Positions 24,835 through 34,429 of a stretch of 51,373 nucleotides of DNA are shown in pieces. Below the pieces are notes generated by a model. That model ran no database searches, was not told where the DNA came from, and was given only the letters and a program-made list of their open reading frames with translations. Both the position numbers and the translations under genes were made by a program. Origin of the DNA: Balneolales bacterium (lineage in GTDB: Bacteria; Bacteroidota; Rhodothermia; Balneolales; Balneolaceae); contig JAURMN010000045.1 of assembly GCA_030830725.1 (NCBI GenBank), positions 1 through 51,373 of the forward strand, in the 5' to 3' direction. Position 1 is the stretch's first letter; each line of letters starts with the position of its first letter.

Positions 24835-27159
24835 ATGAAGACATATAAAGTCGCCTGTCTTACTTTTCTTTCTGTTCTACTTCCATTTTCACTCGCGTTT
24901 TCACAAAACGTTGAGACTCCATTCTATCAGCAATCTGAGGTCTCCGTTGATGAGCGAGTTGAGGATCTGTTGAGTCGAATGACCCTAGCTGAAAAAGTGG
25001 GCCAAATGACTCAGTTGAATAATACCATGATTAATGTTTCGGGAGAACAACGGGATCTAAATATTAATTTGGATAAAGCCCGAGAGTTTGTGCTGACCCA
25101 TCATGTAGGTTCATTCCTGAATGGTGAGGGGGAATCACAAGAGGAATGGCTTGACTTTTTGACCCAGCTTCAAAAAATAGCAGTAGAAGAGAGCCGTCTC
25201 GGCATTCCTATTATTTATGGAATCGATCACATGCACGGGGCTAGTTATCTGAAAAATTCAACGATTTTTCCGCACAGCATCAATATCGCCGCCACATTCG
25301 ATGCGACCAATGCGTATAACGCCGGCTATGTAACGGCGTATGAATCATCCCATCTGGGTCACCGCTGGAATTTTGCTCCTGTATTGGACCTTGGAAGAGA
25401 ACCAAGATGGCCACGTCAATATGAGACCTTCGGGGAGTCTCCCTATTTGGCATCTAAATTGGGTGTTGCCTATGTGGAGGGACTTCAGGGATCCCATGAT
25501 TGGAATGACTATCAAGTAGCGGCTACGGCAAAACATTTTTTAGGATACTCAGAGCCTAAGTCAGGTTGGGATCGCTCTCCGGTAGAACTTTCTGATCAGA
25601 GTTTGTATGAATTTCATGTTCCTTCATTCCGTGCCGCTATAGATGCAGGGATCAAGACAGTGATGTTGAATAGTGGTGAAATCAACGGAGTGCCTGTACA
25701 TGCATCTAAACCAATTGTGACCACGTTGCTTAGAGATGAACTTGGTTTTGAAGGGGTTGTGGTGACAGATTGGGATGATATTGGCAAACTCTTCAACTTT
25801 CATTACGTCGCAGAAACCTACAAAGAAGCAGTTTATCTGGCTGTTGAAGCTGGGATTGATATGAGTATGACGCCAACTCATCTAGGCTTCAATACAGATC
25901 TGATTTCTTTGGTGGAAGAGGGTCGTATTTCTGAAGAGAGAATAGATGAGTCTGTGAGACGTATTCTAAGACTGAAGTTTGACATAGGTTTGTTCGAGTA
26001 TCCATTTCCAGAGTCTGGAAAAAAATCACGACTCAGAACTCCTGAAAATGTTGAAAAAGCCTACCAATCGGCTCAACAATCGATGGTACTTCTCGAGAAT
26101 GACGGGGTCTTACCACTTGATGCAAATCGTGAGGGAGCCATTTTGGTGACTGGTCCTTCTGCTTCGTCGAAACGAAATCTGAGTGGAGGTTGGACCGTTG
26201 CATGGCAAGGGGGAGAAGAGTATCGTTATCCAGAGGATATGCAAACTCTCTATAACGCGATTGTGGCGGCATTCCCAAACAGCGAAGTCCATCTTGTAGA
26301 AGATTGGACGAACACGGCAAGAATTGATTCAATTTCTGAATTTGTGGATCTGGCTGTGGTTGCATTTGGTGAAGAACCCTACACGGAGTTTGTAGGGAAT
26401 ATTCGAGATCTGACGTTGCCCGCTGAGCAATTACACTTGGTTGAAGCATTGTCAGATCATCAATTACCCGTCGTTGGCGTCTATATTGGGGGAAGACCTC
26501 GACTGGTTACCGACTTTACAGAGCATATGTCAGCTCTTTTATGGGCTGGATTACCGGGATTTGAAGGTGCAGGAGCTATCGCGTCCATCCTAACAGGTGA
26601 GTTTAATCCCTCCGGTCGTCTTCCGTTTTCCTATCCGAGATTCCCAAGCCATTTTGCGCCCTACAATCATAAGCCAAGTGATGTCTACTTCTTTAATCCT
26701 GAAGAGGCGAATGATATTCAGCAAGGGGAAGCCTCGATCTGGCAATACCCATTTGGCTATGGCTTGAGTTATACAACGTTTGAATATTCTGATCTTACTA
26801 TGGATTCTGAGTTTACCATTAGTGGTGATAATGACGGTCCACTAGTTGCGAATCTGACGATTCAAAATGTTGGGTCACGTCAAGGAGTTGAGACGGTGCT
26901 ATGGTACATACAGGATGTCACAGGCATTGTGACAAGACCTGTACGCGAGCTTAAAGGAGTGGAGAAAGTGAGTTTAGGTCCTGGTGAATCGACAACTCTT
27001 AAGATTCAACTTGATGTGCTAAAGGACCTTACTTATCCAATTTCAGGCAACAAATATAGACTGGAGTCAGGAACGTTTCGCCTGCATGTTGGAAATCTAA
27101 CGAAAGAATTTGGCGTAGAGATAGAGAATCGCGATAGAGCCCTTGAATTTGATTATTGA
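24835..27159 (+). CDS. bglX: GH3 beta-glucosidase / exo-beta-1,3-glucanase (BglX-like), secreted or periplasmic
   Basis: 774 aa, signal peptide. KHFLGYS, nucleophile region GFEGVVVTDWDD, C-terminal Fn3-like domain. Confidence 0.9.
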   Translation: MKTYKVACLTFLSVLLPFSLAFSQNVETPFYQQSEVSVDERVEDLLSRMTLAEKVGQMTQLNNTMINVSGEQRDLNINLDKAREFVLTHHVGSFLNGEGESQEEWLDFLTQLQKIAVEESRLGIPIIYGIDHMHGASYLKNSTIFPHSINIAATFDATNAYNAGYVTAYESSHLGHRWNFAPVLDLGREPRWPRQYETFGESPYLASKLGVAYVEGLQGSHDWNDYQVAATAKHFLGYSEPKSGWDRSPVELSDQSLYEFHVPSFRAAIDAGIKTVMLNSGEINGVPVHASKPIVTTLLRDELGFEGVVVTDWDDIGKLFNFHYVAETYKEAVYLAVEAGIDMSMTPTHLGFNTDLISLVEEGRISEERIDESVRRILRLKFDIGLFEYPFPESGKKSRLRTPENVEKAYQSAQQSMVLLENDGVLPLDANREGAILVTGPSASSKRNLSGGWTVAWQGGEEYRYPEDMQTLYNAIVAAFPNSEVHLVEDWTNTARIDSISEFVDLAVVAFGEEPYTEFVGNIRDLTLPAEQLHLVEALSDHQLPVVGVYIGGRPRLVTDFTEHMSALLWAGLPGFEGAGAIASILTGEFNPSGRLPFSYPRFPSHFAPYNHKPSDVYFFNPEEANDIQQGEASIWQYPFGYGLSYTTFEYSDLTMDSEFTISGDNDGPLVANLTIQNVGSRQGVETVLWYIQDVTGIVTRPVRELKGVEKVSLGPGESTTLKIQLDVLKDLTYPISGNKYRLESGTFRLHVGNLTKEFGVEIENRDRALEFDY

Positions 27160-27224
27160 GATCCATCTCGGGCTTTAATCACAACTGACTTACTTACTAT
27201 GATCGTCTTGCTTTTAAAGTCGGT

Positions 27225-28949
27225 TTACTGATTTGCACTGTAATCAATCGTTTTTCCATCTTTTGAGAGCTGAACTCCATCTGGATGTGAGAGCGATCCG
27301 CCTGGTCCAAACGCCGTTGCAGCGGCTGCCAATTGTTCTGCTGATTTAGGCGTCGGAGCTTTATAGGCTCCTTCCACGTGGCTGCCTACATGGAGTGTCT
27401 GGGTAGGGAAGGCAAACTCCACTCCGACTTCTTTGGCCAATCGAATCACATCCAATAAAAAGTTGTGACGGAACTGTAGCTCCTCACTCCAGGTAGGAAC
27501 TTCAAAAAAGAGATTAATGAGTACATCCAGGGAATGTGAGCCCATTTCATGAAAATGAACTTCGTAGGTTTCTTGGTTAATGGTTGGACAGGTTCGAATG
27601 ATTCCTTTAATACCCTCTACAAAGGCCTCCATTTGCTCAGGTGTAGTGTCATACGTGAGATTCACCATCGATTTCAATCGACGCATTTTACGTAATCCCA
27701 GATTATCTATTTCGGCATCCGCTAATTTAGCATTCGGGATCGTGACGAGTGAGTTATAGAGAGTGCGAATGCGAGTTGAGCGAAAGCCAACCTCTTCTAT
27801 CGTGCCGGTTACATCGCCTGTTGTGATCATGTCACCGATTTGGAAAGGCTTGTCAACAAAGATGGTAATAGATCCAAAAAAGTTAGCCAGGGTGTCCTGG
27901 GCGGCCAGAGCAAAGGCCAAGCCACCGATTCCCAGACCGGCAATCAAGGAGGTGACATTAATACCATTATTTTGTAAAACGAATAAGACCCCAATGACCA
28001 CGATGAAAATTTTGAGTGATTTTCGAAGAAGTGGAACGAGTTGATCATCTAATTTACTATCCGTTTTAGAGGTGACGCTCTCCAGAAACAGCGAAGCTAC
28101 ATTGGCCAGTTTGTATAGAAACCATACAACCGCTACAGACAAGGCAACTTCAAAGCCATTTGATAAAATGGTATTCAATTTGACCGGTAACATCAGATTC
28201 GTGTAAGTGAGCCTGAAAAAAATGAAGAGAAAGATATACCCAATAGGTTGGTGGACTTCTGCATAAAATTGATCATCCCATTTACTATTCGTCTTTTGAA
28301 GCAAGGGCTCAATGTATCGTCCCAACCCAAAATCGAAGAGTTTCATCAGTACCAAGCCGAGTAAAATCCAGACAAAAATTCCGATGATCTGCCAGAGCTC
28401 CATACCCAGTACATGATCTCGCATAACATCAGGTAGCCGATCAAGAACAACGTCTACAAAAATTGAAAATGTGTCACGATAGAGACCGGAGATTGCGAGA
28501 ATTGTAGGCTGAGCAAAGACCCAATCTGTTCCATCTAGTTCCATATAGACTTCGGGTAGTTGATCAAATAGAATGTAAATTTGTTGACCGGAAAGAGAAT
28601 CGCGATGAGCAGGATTAGCAGGAATGTTATCAAATTGAATCTCAAGACCCTTGGCATTCAAAACTTTCAGGAGTTTTTGAGCCAGTTCAACTCGCTCTTC
28701 TTCTGGAGCCAGTTTCATGGTTTGGGCTGCGTATTCCGGTCGATAATGACCTTTGAGTTGCCAATACACAAACGTATGAAGAGCACGTCTTGGATTATCC
28801 AATGATGGAGTGGCCAGAGGGATTTGCTGTTCATTCATCTCGGTTTGAGGCGCCTGCTCTGCTTGGAGAACGTTTGATAATCCAATAATCAGGAGCGATA
28901 GAGTGAATAGAAAAGGCAAAATTTGGGTTCTCTTCATAGTTGAGCTCAT
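27225..28949 (-). CDS. Large mechanosensitive channel of the MscS family
   Basis: 574 aa. Signal peptide plus periplasmic domain and multiple TMs. MscS core GLGIGGLAFALAAQDTLANFFG...PFQIGD...GTIEEVGFRSTRIRT. Confidence 0.85.
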   Translation of the reverse strand: MSSTMKRTQILPFLFTLSLLIIGLSNVLQAEQAPQTEMNEQQIPLATPSLDNPRRALHTFVYWQLKGHYRPEYAAQTMKLAPEEERVELAQKLLKVLNAKGLEIQFDNIPANPAHRDSLSGQQIYILFDQLPEVYMELDGTDWVFAQPTILAISGLYRDTFSIFVDVVLDRLPDVMRDHVLGMELWQIIGIFVWILLGLVLMKLFDFGLGRYIEPLLQKTNSKWDDQFYAEVHQPIGYIFLFIFFRLTYTNLMLPVKLNTILSNGFEVALSVAVVWFLYKLANVASLFLESVTSKTDSKLDDQLVPLLRKSLKIFIVVIGVLFVLQNNGINVTSLIAGLGIGGLAFALAAQDTLANFFGSITIFVDKPFQIGDMITTGDVTGTIEEVGFRSTRIRTLYNSLVTIPNAKLADAEIDNLGLRKMRRLKSMVNLTYDTTPEQMEAFVEGIKGIIRTCPTINQETYEVHFHEMGSHSLDVLINLFFEVPTWSEELQFRHNFLLDVIRLAKEVGVEFAFPTQTLHVGSHVEGAYKAPTPKSAEQLAAAATAFGPGGSLSHPDGVQLSKDGKTIDYSANQ

Positions 28950-29103
28950 TTTTTGAAACTTTAATTCTTATTCTTGCGTAAAATAGTGAATTCTTATTGT
29001 TTCTTGGATCCTATCGTTCAAATGACCATTCTGTGGGAGATTTTTAAGAAAAGAAAGTAAAGGGAACGATAAGATAAGAGTACTTCTAACTAAATATTTT
29101 TCT

Positions 29104-30108
29104 ATGGCAACTCCTTCAAGTGGTTCTCAGAATCCCTTAGGCGGATTTACAAAGGCGATTCAGAATCTGATGAGCAATTTGCGTAATGCATTTTTGACGT
29201 TTTTAGTTATTGTACTGGGCCTCTTGACTTTTTATACCGTTGAGCCGGAAGAGGCCGGTGTGGTAATGCGTTTTGGGGAATATGTCCGAACTACCGACTC
29301 GGGTCTTCACCTTAAAATCCCCCTTATAGAGACCGTAGAGATAGTTCCTGTGGAGCGACAACTTAAGCAGGAGTTCGGATATCGAACGATGAGAGCAGAT
29401 GTGGAGACAGCCTATCGGAAAGCTGGCTATGAGGATGAATCGTTAATGTTGACAGGCGATCTAAATCTGGCCGATGTCGAGTGGGTGGTTCAGTATCGAA
29501 TCCATGATCCCTATCTGTTTTTATTTAAGGTTCGAAATCCAGAACAGACTCTTCGTGATATGGCCGAATCGGCCATGCGTCAGGTGGTAGGAGATCGCAC
29601 GGTTAACGAGGTGCTAACCGTTGGACGTGCGGAGATTTCATTACGGGTACAGGAACTTCTTCAATCTTTGGCCAATGAATATGAGACCGGAATTCGTATA
29701 GAACAGGTGGTGCTCCAGGATATTAATCCACCAGATCCGGTTAAGCCCTCTTTTAATCAGGTGAATGAAGCCCAGCAACAACGTGAAACACTCGTAAATC
29801 AGGCTTTGGCGGAATACAATCGAATTATTCCACGTGCCCGAGGTGAAGCGTTACAAACGATCCAACAAGCCGAAGGATATGCCATTGATCGGGTTAACCG
29901 GGCGGAAGGAGAGGTATCCGCGTTCAATCAGTTGTATCAGGAGTATGTTAAAGCTCCAGAGGTCACAAAGCGTCGGATCTATTATGAAACGATGCAGGAA
30001 ATCCTGCCCAAGATCGGCAATAAAATCGTGACGGATGAGAACGGATCTTCAGTACTCCCGCTCTTACAAATGCAGATGCAACAGAAAAAAGAGGAGACAA
30101 ATCCATGA
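29104..30108 (+). CDS. hflK: SPFH/band-7 protein HflK
   Basis: N-terminal TM, VEPEEAGVVMRFGEY, SPFH domain. Stop overlaps the hflC start (ATGA). Confidence 0.85.
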   Translation: MATPSSGSQNPLGGFTKAIQNLMSNLRNAFLTFLVIVLGLLTFYTVEPEEAGVVMRFGEYVRTTDSGLHLKIPLIETVEIVPVERQLKQEFGYRTMRADVETAYRKAGYEDESLMLTGDLNLADVEWVVQYRIHDPYLFLFKVRNPEQTLRDMAESAMRQVVGDRTVNEVLTVGRAEISLRVQELLQSLANEYETGIRIEQVVLQDINPPDPVKPSFNQVNEAQQQRETLVNQALAEYNRIIPRARGEALQTIQQAEGYAIDRVNRAEGEVSAFNQLYQEYVKAPEVTKRRIYYETMQEILPKIGNKIVTDENGSSVLPLLQMQMQQKKEETNP

Positions 30109-31046
30109 AAATCAAGCGACTCTTTGTGGTGATTCTGGCTCTTGTGGCCTTTTTTGGGGCAATGGACGGCATTTACGTGGTAGACGAGACCGAGCAGGTG
30201 GTTATAACCCAGTTTGGGGCTCCTGTAGGAGATGCTGTAACGACGCCGGGGTTGAATTTTAAAGTGCCATTTATTCAAAGCTCCAATTACTTTGATAAGC
30301 GTTATCTGGAGTGGGACGGAGATCGTAATCAGGTGCCTACAAAGGACAAAAAGTTCATTTTTGTGGATACCTACGCTCGTTGGCAAATTACCGATCCTTT
30401 GCAGTTTTTCCGTCGTCTGGGTAATGAACGGGGTGCCCAGTCTCGACTGGATGATATCTTGGACGGCGAAACCAGAAATGCAGTAGCAAATCATGATTTG
30501 GTGGAACTGGTACGCTCTACAAATCGTCAACCGGTAGCAGACACTGAATTGGCTGAAGCGATTCAAGATAGCTTGGAGGCGATTCAGACTGGACGTGATC
30601 TGATACAGAAAATCGTACTAGAACAGGCTAATGCCCGTGCGGCAGATCTGGGAATTTCGATTCTGGATTTTCGCTTTAAGCGCATTACCTATGTGGAAGA
30701 TGTACGTCAGACGGTGTACGACAGGATGATTTCTGAGCGAAATCGGATTGCAGATCTTTTTCGATCCGAAGGGCAGGGAGAGGCTTCCAGAATTCGTGGT
30801 GAGCAAGAGCGTGAATTGCTTACGATTCAATCGGAAGCGTTCCGGACGGCTCAGGAAATACGTGGACGAGGTGATGCACAGGCTGCAGCTGTATTTAATA
30901 ATGCCTATAACCGAAACGGATCAACACGTGAGTTATACGACTTTCTGCGGGCCATGGAAGCTTATCAGGAAACCTTCGACACCCAAACATCCATTGTTAT
31001 CTCCACAGACAGCGAGTTTTACAAGTACCTAAAGAGACTCGACTGA
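30105..31046 (+). CDS. hflC: SPFH/band-7 protein HflC
   Basis: N-terminal TM, YVVDETEQVVITQFG, SPFH domain. Confidence 0.85.
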   Translation: MKIKRLFVVILALVAFFGAMDGIYVVDETEQVVITQFGAPVGDAVTTPGLNFKVPFIQSSNYFDKRYLEWDGDRNQVPTKDKKFIFVDTYARWQITDPLQFFRRLGNERGAQSRLDDILDGETRNAVANHDLVELVRSTNRQPVADTELAEAIQDSLEAIQTGRDLIQKIVLEQANARAADLGISILDFRFKRITYVEDVRQTVYDRMISERNRIADLFRSEGQGEASRIRGEQERELLTIQSEAFRTAQEIRGRGDAQAAAVFNNAYNRNGSTRELYDFLRAMEAYQETFDTQTSIVISTDSEFYKYLKRLD

Positions 31047-31069
31047 TTTCGGGAGTGCGTTGGAGTTCT

Positions 31070-32962
31070 TTACAGCGAAAACTCGATCCCAAAGAGGGCA
31101 TTTCGCCCGGGCATAGGGATCAGACTGGTTTCCCAGTACGTTTCATCGAACGCATTGTAGAGATGAGCGTTTAGCGTGATGAATCGAGTTCTCCATCGGC
31201 TACTAAAATCGGCTATCTGATATCTCCGTCCCGAACTACGTTCTACCCATTTGTAGGTGCCAGTAATCGTCCAGTTTGCACCAAGAGGTTGTGCATAATG
31301 CACCGTTACCTGATGACGAAGGTCATTATTGAGGGTATAACGGGAAATAGGGAAAGCGATTTCTCTGAAATTATTTTCAAGAGTGGTATATCCAATTCGT
31401 AGATGGTGACGATCAACTGGCCCGCTGGTCTCACGGAAGGGTGAAAGTCGCAAAAAGACTTCGGTTTCGATTCCTTTAGTTTCAATGCGCTGAATATTTT
31501 GCGCTTGAAAAAGATCTTCAGGGTTGGTCTTTACATAATCTATTAAATTGGTAGAAACCCGGTTAAAATAGGCGAATGTCCACCAAAACCGGGCTTGATT
31601 TACTCTTAGACCCAGTTCATAAGCCTGAGCACGTTCCGGAAACAAGTCTGGATTTCCAAGCGTGGTTCTGTCCGAGTAATAGAGATCGGTATACGTCGGG
31701 ATCCGGTAAGTCTTACCCAGGTTGGCATACACCTTCATCTGATTTGTGACCCGAAATCCCAGATCGATGCCCGGAAAGGCATGCCAGCCAAAATCTGAAA
31801 AATAGACCGAGGTAATTCCAGGTGTCAGATCCATGCGATCGTTGAAAGCAGTGAGCCGTTGCTCGAGATAAAAGGTCATCATGCCCCGTGATCGATTTCC
31901 CAGATTCGTACTTTGAATACGAATTCCGGAGACATCTACTCCCAATCCAGTATCGCCGAAACGTGTAACGAATATCGCATCCAGATTGGATCCAATTTTG
32001 TGTGTGATATGGAGATTTTCGTAGATCTCAGGTCGATTGCGAATATATTGATACAAATCCTCCCCTCTTCGCCAATAGAGTGAGGGCTTCAGAATTAGGC
32101 GTTCCAGAATCCGTTGACTGGAGACGGCCACCAGTGTCGCCTCGGTCTCTTCATATTGATCGATGGCTGAGGGCGTAGCATAAAATCCGTTTGCTCCAAA
32201 GGCTCTGTCTGAATGGAGTGCGATCAGATGAAGAGGGGATTCGCGTGTGTTCAAGGACGCTCGTACTAATATACTTTTCTGATCAAAGTCTGTATTATGA
32301 CGATATCCGTCAGACTCATTGCTGGAGAATACCGCATAAATGGAGTGCTTGCCAGGAGAAGCTGCCAAAGTGATCTGACCGGTACGTTGTCCAAAGGAAC
32401 CTGCAGCCGCATGGAGAGTTAAAGGTTGGGCAATTTCCTTTCGGGTAATGATATTTATGGCTCCTGTGAACGCATTTTGTCCAAATATCCTGGCGGAAGG
32501 GCCTTTGGTTATTTCAATGCGTTCTACAACGGATAGAGGGGGCAGGAAGTTGAGGGTATGATGTCCAGTTTGGGCATCATCGAGTCGGATACCGTCGATC
32601 AGCAGAAGAGACTGATCAAAGGTACCGCCGCGCATCGTGAGATCTGCCTGAGTGAAACCGACTCCCCTGCGTTGAATATCGAGACCATTTACCTGTTGCA
32701 GGAGTTCGCTGAGAAGAGTAACACCGCTTTGATCCATGATCGAGAAGGGAATGACCTGGACAGTTTGTGAGCTTTCTTTGAGCTGGAAGGAAAGGCGGGA
32801 CGATGAGACTACAACCTGCCCAAGATTTTGAATTGGAGGGTTTTCTTTCAGCGAGTCTGCAGGACTGGATTCACCGGAAACCTGAGCAAATAAAATTTGA
32901 GGCCTTGAAACCTGTGCACTGCACAAAAAGAGGAATCCAATGAGGGTGAAGATGGAGCGCAT
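31070..32962 (-). CDS. TonB-dependent outer membrane receptor (about 630 aa, BtuB/small-substrate size class)
   Basis: Signal peptide. Plug domain (VQVIPFS...LQQVNGLDIQRRG...TMRGG...LLLIDGIRLDD...IEITKGPSARIFGQNAFTGAINIITR). Beta-barrel C-terminus. Confidence 0.85.
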   Translation of the reverse strand: MRSIFTLIGFLFLCSAQVSRPQILFAQVSGESSPADSLKENPPIQNLGQVVVSSSRLSFQLKESSQTVQVIPFSIMDQSGVTLLSELLQQVNGLDIQRRGVGFTQADLTMRGGTFDQSLLLIDGIRLDDAQTGHHTLNFLPPLSVVERIEITKGPSARIFGQNAFTGAINIITRKEIAQPLTLHAAAGSFGQRTGQITLAASPGKHSIYAVFSSNESDGYRHNTDFDQKSILVRASLNTRESPLHLIALHSDRAFGANGFYATPSAIDQYEETEATLVAVSSQRILERLILKPSLYWRRGEDLYQYIRNRPEIYENLHITHKIGSNLDAIFVTRFGDTGLGVDVSGIRIQSTNLGNRSRGMMTFYLEQRLTAFNDRMDLTPGITSVYFSDFGWHAFPGIDLGFRVTNQMKVYANLGKTYRIPTYTDLYYSDRTTLGNPDLFPERAQAYELGLRVNQARFWWTFAYFNRVSTNLIDYVKTNPEDLFQAQNIQRIETKGIETEVFLRLSPFRETSGPVDRHHLRIGYTTLENNFREIAFPISRYTLNNDLRHQVTVHYAQPLGANWTITGTYKWVERSSGRRYQIADFSSRWRTRFITLNAHLYNAFDETYWETSLIPMPGRNALFGIEFSL

Positions 32963-33010
32963 AAAGATGAACGATGTTTGAAATCGAAAGTCACTTATAT
33001 GATAAGAAGA

Positions 33011-33033
33011 AACCTTGAATGTGTGCGAAGGTT
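33011..33033 (-). terminator. Weak terminator-like hairpin between the ABC1 kinase gene and the TonB-dependent receptor
   Basis: On the minus strand: AACCTT-11 nt-AAGGTT followed by TCTTCTTATC. Confidence 0.3.
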
Positions 33034-33091
33034 GACTGTAGGAAAATCGGCCGTGAACTCTCTCCCTTTGAGATCCATGGCCGTCTTGAAA

Positions 33092-34429
33092 TCAGAACGA
33101 TCCTGCAGGATCAGCATTTATGAGATCGGAATAAATTGATTTCATAACAATTTCCCGAGATTGGGTAGTGTTGACCCGGGCTTTCATCTTCATCAGCATG
33201 TGGTAGAGGCCAATATGAACTCTTGTGCTATAAATGAAATTTTCATTCCCACGAGGTTCATTTGTAAATGGGGCATCGCGCGTATAATCCTTGAGTTTTT
33301 GAATGTACTCTGGAGTTCCAAAGTCAAATACGTCCACCTCGTAGGGCTCTACAAAGGCATAGCCATATTTCATGGAGAATTCCAGATAATTTCGTTCGAC
33401 CTCATCTTGAGTGGGATCTCCCGTGATCACCCCAAGCCAACGATAGAGTTCAAGGATTTCTTCCTCGTTTTTTTCCATGTGAGAGGGCAAGAGCGCCAAG
33501 TAATGCTGAAAAAACTCTTCTGGGAATACTTTTACACAGCCAAAATCAAGAACTCCAAGACGACCATCCGGAGTAAATAGAAAGTTACCGGGATGTGTAT
33601 CCGCATGAATCTCCCGATTGTCATGAATTTGATCGTGGAAAAAGTCCCAAAGCAGTTGCCCGAAATGATCCCGCTCTTTCTGAGACGGATTTCGAGACAG
33701 AAAGTCCTGAAGATGTTCGCCTTCAATATACGTCATCGTAAGCACTCTTGAGGTAGAAAACTCACGTATCCAACGTGGAGTGACAATTTTATCCGAGGTA
33801 AATCGGGCATGAAAACGTTCCATTTCCACACCCTCATGAAGGTAGTCCGTTTCCATGAGCAGGGTATTGCGTACTTCCGTAAAATAAGGATCGAGGGTAC
33901 TGCCTTTTTTTACGATACGTTTAAATAGCGATCGAGCCAGAGCCAGATCGGAGTCAATGGAATCCCGTACACCCGGATATTGTACCTTCACCACTACATC
34001 CCGTCCATCTTTCAGTGTTGCGCGATGGACTTGACCGATTGAAGCCGCTGCAAGCGCATTTTCATCAAATGAACTAAACAGATATTCCGGTGTACCCCCC
34101 AATTCCTTTTTCAAAATAGATCGAATGAGCGCCTTGTTGATCGGTGGAACGCTATACTGAGCTTTTGCCATAATATCGGTGAACTCTTCCGGCAAGAAAC
34201 TCTGGTCGAGACTCATGGTTTGAGCCAGTTTCAGAGCTGTTCCTCTCAGTTTGGTAAAGTCTTGAAAAACTTTTCCCGCCGTTTCTTTTCGAATCTCGGA
34301 AGTATCTGCTTCTGCATCTACAGATTTACGGATCAACTCTTTAACGTACCCACTTCCGACATTAAGACCGGTTTTAGCAAAGATTTTACCCCGTTGAAAT
34401 CGGGTGGAGGGAAATTCATCCTGATTCAT
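33092..34429 (-). CDS. ABC1/UbiB/ADCK family atypical kinase
   Basis: 445 aa. AASIGQVHRATLKDGRDVVVKVQYPGV and HADTHPGNF motifs. Confidence 0.85.
   Translation of the reverse strand: MNQDEFPSTRFQRGKIFAKTGLNVGSGYVKELIRKSVDAEADTSEIRKETAGKVFQDFTKLRGTALKLAQTMSLDQSFLPEEFTDIMAKAQYSVPPINKALIRSILKKELGGTPEYLFSSFDENALAAASIGQVHRATLKDGRDVVVKVQYPGVRDSIDSDLALARSLFKRIVKKGSTLDPYFTEVRNTLLMETDYLHEGVEMERFHARFTSDKIVTPRWIREFSTSRVLTMTYIEGEHLQDFLSRNPSQKERDHFGQLLWDFFHDQIHDNREIHADTHPGNFLFTPDGRLGVLDFGCVKVFPEEFFQHYLALLPSHMEKNEEEILELYRWLGVITGDPTQDEVERNYLEFSMKYGYAFVEPYEVDVFDFGTPEYIQKLKDYTRDAPFTNEPRGNENFIYSTRVHIGLYHMLMKMKARVNTTQSREIVMKSIYSDLINADPAGSF

Noticed and set aside
29982-30566. 194-aa minus-strand ORF spanning the hflK/hflC junction
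   Set aside because: It is antisense to two strongly supported SPFH genes. It has no motifs and an odd composition.
32963-33091. Possible cobalamin or TPP riboswitch upstream of the 630-aa TonB-dependent receptor
   Set aside because: Reading the minus strand, I found no B12 box (GCCACTG-like), no GGTGnnAAnTCC core and no TPP CTGAGA/ACCTGA elements. Only two short hairpins are present.
33161-33580. 139-aa plus-strand ORF
   Set aside because: It is antisense to the ABC1 kinase gene, with no supporting features.
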